A stretch of 64,000 nucleotides of DNA, taken from Macrostomum lignano (lineage: Eukaryota). Within the stretch, counting starts at the first letter, position 1, and each line of letters opens with the position of its first letter. Shown here piece after piece: positions 1-11,927 of this stretch. Below the pieces are notes generated by a model. That model saw nothing but the letters and a program-made list of their open reading frames with translations, was not told where the DNA came from and did no database searches. The stretch lies in the NCBI GenBank assembly GCA_002269645.1, contig NIVC01003328.1, positions 1 to 64,000 of the forward strand, in the 5' to 3' direction. Both the position numbers and the translations under genes were made by a program.

Positions 1-437
1 ACAGCTTCAGGCACAGCACCCGCTCCACTGACATGCACAAAACCAGCAGCGGCGTGCTGAGTGCCATGGCGGTCATGACGAACGCATGCGCCTGGCAGGC
101 TGGGTAGCCGCCCAGCCAAGTGAGACGGAGCCGCTGGACGCTAGCGTTTGAACGTGGCTGTCCCGTAGACAATCAGAGGCGCAGATGAGGTCAGCACCTG
201 CCCGAGCATGTCATTAAGAATGAGCGCGGTCAGCAGCGTGTAGAACAGGGTTCGACTCTTGCTCGGCGTCCTCCGTTGCAGCACCAAAAGTGCCAGAAGG
301 TTGCCCGCCACGCCCACAAAGAGGCTCAGCGTCTTGGCCCACTTCACGCCGCTTCGACTGGGAATATCGCAGCTCCAGTCTACCTGCGGCTGCTGACAGC
401 TGAGCAGCCGGGAGCAGCAGCTGGAGTAGTTAACCAT
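1..437 (-). CDS. Prostanoid (prostaglandin E2 EP4-like) class A GPCR, N-terminus to TM3, running off the left edge of the window; one apparent +1 frameshift at 147-149
   Basis: ORF 141..473 gives TM1 (FVGVAGNLLALLVL) and TM2 (TLFYTLLTALILNDMLGQVLTS), resembling EP4 GVVGNLVAIVVL...TFYTLVCGLAVTDLLG. Another frame continues NASVQRLRLTWLGGYPACQAHAFVMTAMALSTPLLVLCMSVERVLCLKL, resembling EP4 GGQPLC...CAMSVERYL. ATG candidates at 473 and 437. Confidence 0.8.
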
Positions 438-2559
438 CGGGTCTGATTGGTTTCGAAATCCGGTTTGCTGCATTATTCTTGTGTCTGGTTTCAGCAGGGT
501 GTCTCCTGCTTAAACTAGCCAGCGCTGCCTCAGTATTAATGAACGCACCAGGCAGTTCCTGATTCGACGAGGCGGAGCTAGCCAATGGGCTGCCGCACTG
601 CGGCTTGCTCGCGCTTCTCTTCATCCTGCCCATTGCAATTGGCAAATTCTCCGTGTGCAGATCAAATTTCAGTAGCGCCGCTACTCAATGCGAAGGGACG
701 TGTCAGGGCCGGTCGGGCCTCTGGGGAATGCAGCGAGGGACTGGTGATTCCTGAGCGCCGCAATAAAGCGTCTCTCTCAGGAACCAGCCTCTGTTCCGTT
801 GAAAATCAACTTAGCTGGTGGCCGAAAGCCTAAAAGCCACCAGATCCGAACTCAGACAGCATACAGCCATGTACATCTAGTGTACGAGCGTAGTAACAAA
901 ATCAAACATTTTAAACAAAAAAACATCAAACAAAGAAAATGTCTAAATTTCATGTGAAGTCGTAAAAACCAATTCCTCAAACTAAAATGCCAAGCTTTGA
1001 ATTTAATCAAATGATTTATAGCTTTATCAGAGCCTAACGCTATAAAAATGTTAGCGAAAGAACGCCTAGAAGTTTCTGTTTTTCTTCACATTCAATTCGG
1101 TACAAAGTCAAGATGTAGCGGCTGCCCAAAGACGTCAGGCGCTGGGGATTTGATGCGTCAGAAATGGGGCTTTCAAGCACGGAAAAGGGACAGCAGGCCG
1201 GGCAGCGGATTCGGCGGACTGTGAGGCCAAGGCGGAGTCGCTTCCGATCCGCGCCGTCTTGCCGGCATCCGCTATGCCTGGGCCATAATTAGAGGCGGGG
1301 ACAGCCACGGCTTTCAGAATCCTGTAAAAGCCGAGCCGCCTGGACCGGCTCCCCGTCCGGTTTCCTTGCTGCACTTTGAGCGATGGCGCGCAGCACTTTT
1401 TAAACGCTTGAATGCAGCCAGCCAGATGGTCGCTGAGGAGGCGCCGACCGCCGTGCCAGCCTGAATGGCATTGCATGTGCAGGTGCATTAGGCCCAGGCT
1501 TCCTCCGCGCGCGCCGTCTTCTGAGTGGCTCGAATCAACCTACCTGGCATTGAGTTTTGTTTGCCGTGGTCGCCAACTCCCGTATTTGCTTGGATAATAA
1601 TTCTCGCTGTGAAGTCCGCTGCGGCTGTATATTATTGCCTCAGTTGCGAATAAAAAGCCTCGATCTCGGCACGCTGGGCAGGCTTCTGTGTTTGCATTCG
1701 ACCTGTGCATTATCTTCTCTCTTATTCAAGAAGATTGTTGCAATATTTCTTGGGCTAAACCTAAAATTTCCGTGCTGCTCCCAAGGCAGTTGGCCAAATA
1801 GCAACTTTTCGAATGCAAGTCCTCTGTGCCTTAATCCCCCTGATGCTCAGGGCTCCTGATCCCACAGGCGGTCAGCTCAGAAAAAGATGTTTGTGCAATA
1901 AAAAGCGCTACTAGAGCTCCAAAACGCCAAACCATGCAGCTTTTCAAGGATCATCTTTGGTCTCAATATATTACTCAAAATCAATAATTCATAAGGCTGC
2001 GCGCATGGCTATGTCAGAGGCCAACACGGATGCCTCATACCCATCTTTCCCTCGCGCGGATTCTACATGCGATTGATAGCTCTCGGATCGCGCATTCGAT
2101 CGCTGCTTGCTTCTGATAAGCGTGGGTGGAGAAATTGATGCAACTGCATGGGAAGTGACTAACTTCCTGCTCAGGAAGCAAGAGAAGCGAAAGGCTTGGG
2201 ATTTTTATCCAAGGGGCAAGAGCCTGTATTGGATACCAACCGGAGCCGTTCGTCACTGTCAAATGCTGGAGCCGAGAGGAATTCGTTAATTCGCTAAGTA
2301 CGGCAGCGCTTTGGCTGCTTCTAATTTGCATGCCTAACTGGCTTTGCGATCGGAACCACAGCTATTCAAGCCAGGAATCAGCACGATGCAGCATCGCAGA
2401 TATAGAAAAGCAGCATTGCAGAGCATTATTGCATGCAGTACCAGAAGTACCAGGAGCCGAGGACTGCTTTTCGTTCAGTGAAGGCGATCCTGCTGTCCAT
2501 GGCCCTACCTGACAGACAGAGGGCAACAACAAAAAAAAATACGCTGTCAGGATGGCAAA

Positions 2560-2950
2560 AGTCAGCATCACAGGGCGCGCTTCATGGCTTGGGCGCGAAC
2601 AAAGGCCGCGCCACCGGCAGTGTCCGGGGCGCCGGCGTCAGCCAGCAGACAGTCGACATAACGCCGAGTTCGCGCTTGACCTCGCCGGTAGGGTGCCTGC
2701 AGCGTGAGCAGCAGCACCTCCTGCACCGGCTGTGGGCAGTACGACTCGGCGCGGATGAGATGGCCTGCGAGCTGGAGTCGCCGACGGCGCAGTACATCGC
2801 TTGAACGTGGCAGGCCAGCGCGGCGATAGAGTGCCGCGTTGTTGACTCGCTCGACGCCGATGATGAAGGCGGCGCGCAGCAGGCCAGCGTGCGCCGCATC
2901 GACTTGCTGTTCGAGTGAGTCCGTCAGCGTCCAGGTCTTGGCGTTCAGCA
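2560..2950 (-). mobile_element. 5'-truncated non-LTR retrotransposon (LINE, RTE/L2-like) 3' end
   Basis: ORF 2568..3050 contains (Y)NA(E)TWTLT...LLRAAF...NAALYRRAG...LRRRRLQLAGHLIR, the post-RT C-terminal region typical of APE-type LINEs. The stop is followed by a TGATGCTGA tail. Confidence 0.75.
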
Positions 2951-5157
2951 GCGTTCTGCCAGGCGGTGATGGTGACCCGACCCGACCATCGTGGCGTGCT
3001 TTACAACGCCGAGACCTGCATGGACGCTGACGGATTTTCTCGAACAGCAAGTTGACGCGGCTTGCTGCTCGCCGCCCCGGGTTCGGTCGGTGGCGTGGAA
3101 TATGAGAGGCGCCCCTGTGACGCCGCGATTAATACGTCTTAAAAGACCTTAACTGAGTCTATACTTGGAACTGATGCAAGGCAAACAGTGAATACGGTCT
3201 TAGTCCAAACAGGTACACTGTAGTAATATGGAACAGGCTAAAGTGGCTTAAACTTCACAAAAGTTTCTGGTGTCTGCAGGTTTACGTTCTTCAAACACAT
3301 AAATGTATTAATGAGAACATGGGATGCAAGAAACCCAGTCTCAATCGACTGCTGCTATTAGGAAGGCATTGACAAACATAAAAAAGAATTGTATTCCTGT
3401 TTTGTGAGGTACAGCTCTCGAATGACTTGCTAAATAGGTACCAAAGAAGTTCCAATACCATAAAGTACTTCTGAACGCGCAGAGATGGAGCGAGTTTTGC
3501 CATGCTGCATAGTTAGTAAAGAAAGTAAATTCTCAGAACCGATCAATTCCATGGCCTCCGCGTTTCATCATAGCACTGCGATGTGGGAGAATTCCGCATG
3601 TGTTCCGTTCCGCATCCACTCCAGTGTGCAGCAACTCTTGCAGGCAACTCGACTCTTCTCCCAACCCCACACAGCTTTCAAGTATGGAGAATGAGCGACT
3701 GGATGGATCAGCGATTAAATTTCCTAGCCGCAAGGGAGTTCAGTGAAATCTCTGTTGCAGAGAAGATGGACGGACTGGCTGTGGAAAGTAATTGTGGGCT
3801 AGAGAAATGACTAGCATGGGGTCAAGCAATCAGCTGTTGTGTTGAAAAACTCGAGCGCGTCACGTGAAACGCGACGAATTCGAGAGTGCAGGCGGAGTCC
3901 GACCTCAAACCTAGTACCACGGCCGGCTACTTATTATGCTTATCTTCAGCTGGGGCAGCAAGCAAGGGAGAAGACGGGGAGAAACAGAGAGCTGCTGCCT
4001 GTTTATGCACAATTGCACTTTTGCAGATATCGGGCAAGAAAGGGGATCAGCGATGCAGGCTCAAGACAGCTCTGTTGAAGCTTAAATTGAAAAAAATCTG
4101 TTGAACAGTGGATGAAGCTTCGCAGATATTGTGCAGGAGCAGATCATCCATTGTAATTAGGAATAGTAATTAATAGAATATCTGGGATAGACGCAAGCTA
4201 ATCCGCCTAAGCTGGCGCTGGCCCACCTACAGTAGCCATGACTGACCCTGCCTTCACAGAACTGTGCAGTCCATTGTCTCATGACGAAGCTTCATCCCAG
4301 AATTGCTACTCAGGCGACGATAAGTTAATTAATCGGGAGACTACAGACAGCATCCGCGGCATGTGATGCCCTTTGATGAACGGCAAGTATATAATGAGTG
4401 CAGATCGACAAGCGAAATCAATTCATCTGATAGGCTATTGCCATTGTTGAATGCTAATTAATCGAGGTAAAAATACTCGCTTTGCTCACTCGAGTGTAAT
4501 GCGAGGCTCGATTCTAAGCCAATTCTTTTGAGGAGCATTGTGAAGCATTCTAAGATTGCTGTGAGCGCTTAAATTCAAAGACCGGCCTGCGCCACTGAGC
4601 TGCACGCAACACGCTTGAACTCTCAGAGAATTCTTTATTCAAATTCTCGCAAAGCTGGCGCTCACTTCCGCTGCTTCCGGCAGCTGTAATGGAAACGCGG
4701 TGCATGTCTGTTGTTCTGCAGTCCCAGTCCATGCTGCACTTCATAACGATCAGGAGTCGATAGGGCAAGCAGACTTTTCATTCTCAAGAGGCCTGACTGA
4801 ATCCCGCCCTACTCACTGCCGCCCAACCAGGCAGCAGGGCACCGACAGTTAAGGTCGAATTAGTAATTACAATAGTTAGATTATAAAGAATAAATACCAA
4901 AAACTAGCAATGAATTACAAACACGCAAGCTGTGCTTACAGTAGAGTCACAAAGGAACAGCGGAGTGGCACAGCGGTATATTTCGCACTGAGTGACTCGA
5001 CAGTCAATGTAGAAGCGCAGGTCTAGGATTAAGATAGCCAGCAGGCACGGCAGGCTGAGCTGCAAATTATTGCCTAATCTGCTGATTTATTGTGGCGACA
5101 GATGGCCTGGCAGCAAATTTGCGGCACCAAAATAATAAGCTATTTTTGTCTCATCGG

Positions 5158-5730
5158 CTACAGCAGCTTGAGGTGCCCGGTGACCTGGTCAATGACGGGC
5201 GAAGGCCCGGGCCCGATGCCCAGCACGGTGGCCGAGCCGGCAGCGATCTGGGTCCGGCCGGCGTCGTGGATGACCACAGCCACCAGGCCTAGCGAGTGCG
5301 CGATCGCCTGCAGTTCGTACAGCCGGTTCTCGTCGCCGTCGGCCCGCAGCGCCACCTTCTGCTGGCCGGTGCGGAGCCACTTGGCCAGCGAGGCCGAGTC
5401 CGCCCGCTGCGCCCGCCGGTAGCAGCCGACGGCGGCGTGGGCGCACTGGGCGGCCGACTTGCCGCGGGACATGCCCAGATCTGTGCGGGTCACCAGCGTC
5501 ATCTTCCACTCCGTGTAGCCGCTGAAGTCGCCGCCGCCGCCGCCACCATCGTTGCTGTCTTCCCCGGCGCTGTCGCTGTCCCAGGAGTCCGACGCAGCCG
5601 GCGCCCCGGACTCGCCCGCTGCTGGAGGTGCATCGCCGTCGCCAGCGGTGCCGCCAAACCGAGACCGGGCGAGCCAGCCGGCCAGCACTCCGGCCAGCAG
5701 GGCGGACAGCGAGGCCAGCCAGGGGGTCAT
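5158..5730 (-). CDS. PTRH2: Peptidyl-tRNA hydrolase 2 (PTH2/Bit1), single coding exon with N-terminal hydrophobic anchor
   Basis: EWKMTLVTRTDLGMSRGKSAAQCAHAAVG...WLRTGQQKVAL...VIHDAGRTQIAAGSATVLGIGPGP...IDQVTGHLKLL is the PTH2 family signature. Likely start MTPWLAS at 5730; stop TAG at 5158-5160. Confidence 0.95.
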   Translation of the reverse strand: MTPWLASLSALLAGVLAGWLARSRFGGTAGDGDAPPAAGESGAPAASDSWDSDSAGEDSNDGGGGGGDFSGYTEWKMTLVTRTDLGMSRGKSAAQCAHAAVGCYRRAQRADSASLAKWLRTGQQKVALRADGDENRLYELQAIAHSLGLVAVVIHDAGRTQIAAGSATVLGIGPGPSPVIDQVTGHLKLL

Positions 5731-5849
5731 GGCGGCATGCAAATCAGTGAAAATACGGCTGCAGAGCGCGTGTCCATGAGCCTCGGGATTGCTTGGGTGG
5801 GTCACAAATAATAGGCCTGACCAGATGGGATTTGGGAAATTCGAGATTA

Positions 5850-6418
5850 GGGATTTAGACTGAACCCGAGGATCTGAAGTGGAGGCTGAATATAAGGACC
5901 CGGATGGAGGCTGAACCTAAAGACCTGGGGGATCCGGGGTAGAGGCTGAACCTGAGGACCCGGGGATCCGGGATGGAGGCTGAACCCGAGGACCCGGGAT
6001 GGAGGCTGACCTGAGGACACGGAATGGAGGCTGAACCTGAGGTCCCGGGGGATCCGGGATGGAGGCTGAACCGGAGGAACCAGGATGGAGGCTGAATCTG
6101 AGGACACGGGGGATCCGGGATGGAGGCTGAATCTGAGGACACGGGGGATCCGGGATGGAGGCTGAATCTGAAGACACGGGTTGGAGGCTGAATCTGAGGA
6201 CACGGGGTGGAGGCCCAACCCGAGGACACGGGGTGGAGGCCGAACCTGAGGACACGGGGTGGAGGCCGAACCTGAGGACACGGGGTGGAGGCTGAACCTG
6301 AGGACACGTGGAGGCCGAATCTGAGGACACGGGGTGGAGGCCGAACCTGAGGACACGGGGTGGAGGCCGAACCTGAGGACACGGGGTGGAGGCCGAACCT
6401 GAGGACACGGGGGTTTGG
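5850..6418. repeat. Minisatellite, 26-bp unit GGAGGCCGAACCTGAGGACACGGGGT with ~35-bp variants
   Basis: Directly visible tandem copies; explains the repetitive ORFs at 5847..6513. Confidence 0.95.
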
Positions 6419-7332
6419 CCACTGAGCGAATTCCAAGTCCCTTTTACAGACTGCAAAACTGCATTCCCACAGAGTCCAAGCAGCCGACGGGTGCGCCCCA
6501 GGTTTTTAGTCATAAAAAGCTCTTTAAACGACAGACATCGTGTACAAAAAAAGAAGAGTTTTAAAACGCTACCAGCGAATAAAGCAAAGATGACATAAAG
6601 TGCGCGAGTGACAAAAGGCCCATGTATTTACATAGAAAGTGTGCAGCACATTGGGAGACTTAAAAATATGAGTGCTCGGTCGAGTCAGAAGTCGAGACAG
6701 ACACAGGGAATTCTTAAATCAGAGAATTCGGTCGGAAGCTGGTGTCTGGGAAAATTGTATTGAAAAAATAGCCTTACTGAATTACAGGCTTGCATCAGAC
6801 TACTGCTACTGCTTGGTGAGTAGTAAACATAAGCAACCTCTCGCTTTATTATAGCGGGCAAAACTTGAAACGCAACAAATTCGGCTTAATTTTAATGCGC
6901 AGGTAAAACACACGGGGATATGCTGAGATCGGGACCGGCTGTGGGCGGCGGACAGCCGGCACTAGGACTGCAAAAAAGGAAATATAAACTATAAACGGTA
7001 AACTGCACAGGAATACGAGTAATAAATAGATAAATAACACGCGGGCGATGCACTGCTGTACCTACTATTATCAGCACGCAAGTGTAAAATAGCTGCACAT
7101 ACAAGCTTCACAATGCACAGTACGGAGGCGGGGCTGGGCAGGTCAGGAGAGGCGGTCAATGGGGGGGGACAAAAGTCGAGAAGAGTGAATTAAAAAGCGC
7201 GCGCACTACTGCAGTTAGTAGCATGCGCAGCGCTTAACTCAATGAGAAAGTGACTATCAGTTTGGTACGCAGAAAAACTAGCATGAGCCTCCTCCATCTC
7301 AGAGCCCCGGGAAAGCGGCGGCAGCCCTCGCC

Positions 7333-9152
7333 TCAGTCGTCGCCACCATCCTCGCCTTCGTGCTTCCGCTTGGTGCCGCGTCGACTCGACGAAGCCTCGT
7401 CATTGACATCACCGGCTGCGGCGGAGACGTCGGCGGCCCCCACTTTGCCGCCCTTCGACTTGGAGCCCGAGGCAGCTGAGCTGTTGGCGCCCTCCTCCTC
7501 ATCTTCTTCGTCGATGTCATCATCGTCGTCCTCGCCGCCGTCCGCCTCGGGGTCGAACTCGTCGTCCTCTTCCTCGTCGTCGACGTCGTCGCGCTGCAGG
7601 TAGGCCAGATCGACCTCGTCCTCTTCGTCTTCCTCCTCGTCCTCCTCATCGTCTTCCTCTTCGCCGTATTCACCGTTGGCGTAGTGCTCCTCGCCTTCGC
7701 CGCCGGCTTGTCTTGTCTTGTTATCCTTTTGTCGCCGGTAGGCGTGGATTACCCGAATGGTTACTAATCTCGTTCCCATCGGGTTTTTGACCTTGATATT
7801 GTTTAGGGAGGTGCTCTGGGTGGTCGGTCCAGAGCCACTCTGATAGGGGAAGGTTTGCCCCCGAAACATAGTTTTTACACTATGGTCGAGGGCCTCTCCC
7901 CCCCCCCGGTTCTCTCTTTGCCGGCCGGAAGGCCGCCCGCTTGGCACCTCTTGACGGTGGAGAACCGTTGCACCAGCCTTCGCCGCCGGCCTCTCCGTCG
8001 TCTTCGTCGTCGTCCTCCTCGCACTCCTGGCCCTCGGCGTCTAGGCCGTCGAGGAATTCGACATGCGGTAGCAGGCCAAACACAGAGTCCCTGGCGGGCG
8101 GGTGATCACAGATTCGCGTACAACTCGCATCGGCTTCTGGACGCCTTATTTAAAGGCGACGGGATAAACCCCTTGTGGTGCCATCTCTTTAATGCCTGGT
8201 CCAAGGTCCTGGGATGAAGGAATCCTTGGCCCTTGAGTGCATGGAGCTGCTATCCCCCTGGTCCTTAAGTGCAGCTATCCCCTGGCCCTGGTCCTTAAGT
8301 GCAGCTATCCCCTGGTCCTTGAGTGCAGCTATCCCCTGGTCCTTGAGTGCAGACAGCAGCTATCCCCTGGTCCTTGAGTGCAGCTATCCCCTGGTCCTTG
8401 AGTGCAGCTATCCCCTGGTCTTTGAGTGCAGACAGCAGCTATCCCCTGGTCCTTGAGTGCAGCTATCCCCTGGTCCTTGAGTGCAGACAGCAGCTACCCT
8501 CTGGTCCTTGAGTGCAGACAGCAGCTATCCCCTGGTCCTTGAGTGCAGACAGCAGCTATCCCCTGGTCCTTGAGTGCAGACAGCAGCTATCCCCTGGTCC
8601 TTGAGTGCAGACAGCAGCTATCCCCTGGTCCTTGAGTGCAATTCCCTTGCTACCACCTGGTCCTGAGTGCAGACAGCTGCTATTTGCCCCGTCCTAAGTA
8701 CAGCTATCCACCTGGTCCCTCAGCGCAGGTAGGCAGGTGTAAATCTAAATTTGAAAGCTTGCATACCTGTAGCCCTCAGCCTCAGTGACGGCGCAGCCGT
8801 ACAAGTCGAGGGTTCGAAGCTTTTTAAGGCTGGCCAGCGGCTTCAGGGCGTCCAGATCGCGAATGCGGTTGCCGCTGAGGTTCAGCTGGGCGAGGGCCGG
8901 ACATCCGGCCAGGTGTTGCAGGCCGTCCAGCAGCCGATTATCTGACAGCTCGAGGCGGCGCAGCTTGGGCAGGGCAGGGAAGCCGGCCAGGCTCTGCAGG
9001 CCGACATTGATGAGGCTGAGGGTTTCCAGATTCACGTACTCGTGCGTGAGGCCCTCCAGCGCGCTAGCCTTGCAGTTGTCCAAATTCAACTCGGTGATGT
9101 TGGCCGGTTCTTTGTTCCGGCGCTCCAGCTCGAGCCGCTGCTGCATGGACAT
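7333..9152 (-). CDS. ANP32: ANP32 family acidic leucine-rich nuclear phosphoprotein; exon 1 ~9152-8767, exon 2 8090-7333 interrupted by an insert at 7708-7975
   Basis: MSMQQRLELERRNKEPANITELNLDNC...LELSDNRL...LNLSGNRIRDL...LDLYGCAVT (ANP32 LRRs); GT at 8766, AG at 8092-8091; joined YR|DSVFGLLPHVEFLDGLD matches the LRR cap YRENVFKLLPQLTYLDGYD; acidic tail with VDLAYLQ and GTKRKHE NLS ends at TGA 7333-7335. Confidence 0.92.
7708..7975 (-). mobile_element. 268-bp retroposed insertion (SINE or truncated LINE 3' end) inside ANP32 exon 2
   Basis: Identical 15-bp flanks GCCTTCGCCGCCGGC at 7693-7707 and 7976-7990; (AAGAC)n tail AACAAGACAAGACAA at the 3' end on the minus strand. Confidence 0.8.
8229..8720. 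repeat. Intronic minisatellite, 31-bp unit CCTTGAGTGCAGACAGCAGCTATCCCCTGGT with a 24-bp variant
   Basis: Tandem copies visible inside ANP32 intron 1. Confidence 0.95.
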
Positions 9153-9870
9153 CATCTGCGATATGGTGGATGGGAGCAATGGGCTAATGAGGGGGACAGG
9201 ATTTTAGGCTGGGTACCTAAAACGCCCTCAACAATAGCTATATCTATATCCGACTTCTATTTAAATTAGATATTAAAACCAGTTGCCTAGCGATGTGATA
9301 AATTAGACAATATGCAATCAAGCATAAACTTTGCATAACTTGAGTTAAGCTGAAGAAGTTAGTAGTTAGTAGTAGTTAGTTACTGTTATCATTAATATAA
9401 TAGGTAAATTAATGAGTTATAGGCAATATATATTAAGCATTTAAAATACATCACTATAAACTCTAGAATTACTATCAGCAAACATTTTAAACAAAAATAC
9501 TAAAAATGATTTTTCAAGTAAATGTAGCTCTTAATCTTTTATGCTAAAGTAAAAAAGGCTGATTTGATCTGATTTGAAGTAAATTTGATTGAATAAATAA
9601 TACAAAAAGTATATTAAAGTCACTAAGCCTAGTCAATCAAACACAAATAGTTTATCACCAATTAAAAGTACACAAAAAGTACAATAAGCCTAATTACTAT
9701 TTGAAAATCAAAATGAAATAGTATTATATTTAAGCAAATATATTCTAAAAAAGCAAATTTTAATTTAGGGTAGAAGATTATTCGGTAAACTTATTTGAAA
9801 AAAACATTTTTTGTTGAAAAAATGCATTTTTGGAATTTGCAAAGGGGATAAAGAAGGATTGCCATTATTT

Positions 9871-11143
9871 TAGGATCTGGGTAAACTTGTCAACTTTTTA
9901 TTCATTAACTGTGTTGACAAGTTTACCACAGTTTGCATATGTATGTAACTATATTATATAGAAGTGTATAGAAGTGTATAGAAGTAAGAGATAGAAACAG
10001 ATGGAAACAGAAGCAAAAGTAATAAGGTTTGATTTTATACATGCATAAAAAGTTAAGTAAATAATATTTTATATTAAATTACATTTATTAAAACTGATTG
10101 AAATTAAAATTGATTATAGGATTGGTATAGTTATTGAAATGGAAGATTCTTGGTTCTATAGTTTTTAATTTTATTGTATCTTATGTTTTTATGTTGTTTA
10201 ATGTTTAAATTATATTTAATTTTATGTTGTATATGGCAGACTACTAGGCGCTGTAGTGCACTACTGTCTTTTATTTAGTCAATCTAGCAAAATGATATTC
10301 CATAATAATAGATGATCTGCTGATCTGGCAACATTAAAGGCAGGCATTGTCACAATTGACAATTGTTATGTCCTATACCTAAAAGCCAACATTATAATAG
10401 AGCTCGAACAGGATCCCAATCCCAATCTCAAATTCTCGGGATCCCGAAGATTTTTCGGGAATTTGGGATTGGGTCATTGGGATCCCGAAGGCTTAGAGAA
10501 CTCGGGATTCGGGAGCACAATAGATTGATAATGAAAATGATGCTTTCAACAATCAAGAGCAGTAATCAATACTAAGCTAATTTTTATAATAGCAACTATA
10601 AATATGTTGAAAGTCTGACCTTGAATTCACCAAATAAAGCAGCAGATTTTTACTTAGTAACAGATTTGTAAAGAGTTGTACTCGTAAATAACAAACTAAC
10701 AAGTATAGGGCTTTTCACAAAGTGATTCGAGTTTGAAGCTTTTCACGAAGCGATTCCAGAACCAGAATTTTACAAGAAAAAGCAGTATAACTAACGCAAT
10801 TCAATATTACATTAACATAGAACAGTCACCTTTTGTGCGATTTTTTTCGTCATTAGTAAGTAATATATTCCCAGATCCCGGATTCCCAAATACTAATCCC
10901 AAATCCCAATCCTGAAATGATTTTCAATCCCAATCCCACCCAATCCCGAAAATTCTGCTCCCATTCGAGCTCTACCATTACAATGACATGGCTCAGTTTA
11001 TTATTTTTATGAATTTGTTTTATCTGTGCACTGAGCCAGCTGCACATACTATACTGTGCTGAGGAATATTTACCAGTTGACAAATTTACCATATAGCTAG
11101 GCTAGTTGATGAAAAAAAAGTTTACAAGTTTACCAGCACCCTT
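9871..11143. mobile_element. Possible degenerate non-autonomous TIR element hosting a nested MITE
   Basis: Left TAGGATCTGGGTAAACTTGTCAAC versus right-end reverse complement AAGGGTGCTGGTAAACTTGTAAAC; recurring GGTAAACTTGTCAAC motif, including a perfect 15-bp inverted repeat at 9880-9894/9913-9927. No clean TSD. Confidence 0.4.
10398..10974. mobile_element. MITE with 11-bp TIR TAGAGCTCGAA
   Basis: TAGAGCTCGAA at 10398 and TTCGAGCTCTA ending at 10974; subterminal GGGAT/ATCCC repeats in both arms; TSD not clean. Confidence 0.6.
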
Positions 11144-11927
11144 ATTTTTTGTAAAGTAATTAAACATGAAAAACTAGGATTGTTCAAACACCAAAATGTT
11201 GGCAGGCAACCATGCTAAACAATAGGTCTACTATAGGCCTAATTAATTAGGTCTATATAATTATGATTAGACCAGGCACTGCTAGTGCTATTTATTATAC
11301 AAATCAATTTTAGTCTTGAAACAATAAAAGTTTAAATAGTTAAGTTAGGCCAATTAAGGATACTGAGGCAGAGGCACTAACCTTTCAGATTGTTTTGTGT
11401 TTTGAAGGCTGCAGAAAACTATATGAAATTATGAATTGGTAGACCAGATCAGACCCTGTCACAACTAAAAAAATTGCGAATCTAACTTAACAACAAAGAT
11501 GCGCTGTCGCTGTGTACTATATTATAGACTATATATTAGAATATTAAACAATAAACAGCGGACACAGCGGAAAAATTACGGGTTGCCTGGCTAAAGTTTA
11601 CTGCTACTTCAAACACAAAAATGAGCGAGCATTTGCCCTTGATGAACTAAACGCTAAGCATGCTAGGTCAGTAGGCTGCGAGTCGAGATTGTTTAAAAAT
11701 ATTTGAGTAAGCACGTTTTTTTTTTAGAAAAAACAATCAGTCAGTCAGACATTTTTAAACTCGGAGAAATATTATTTAAAACAAGATTTTTAAAATTAAA
11801 GTATTATTTCAAAAGGTTACAAGTAAGATAAAAATTAGTCAAAAAAAGCATGTAAAAACAGGATGTTAAAAGGCTCATTCTTACTTTAGACACAAGTTCG
11901 CAATCGAATACCTAATTATTACCCTAC

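Noticed and set aside
1500-4800. Possible multi-exon F-box/LRR-like gene on the minus strand (LSDELI-like and LQHLTV-like peptides, several GTGAG donors)
   Set aside because: I could not assemble a stop-free spliced frame or recognise a family; it may be a decayed gene, but it is unsupported without alignment.
5296-5811. 171-aa plus-strand ORF
   Set aside because: Antisense shadow of the GC-rich PTH2 CDS.
5847-6513. Three ~190-aa Pro/Arg-rich ORFs
   Set aside because: Translations of the 26-bp minisatellite.
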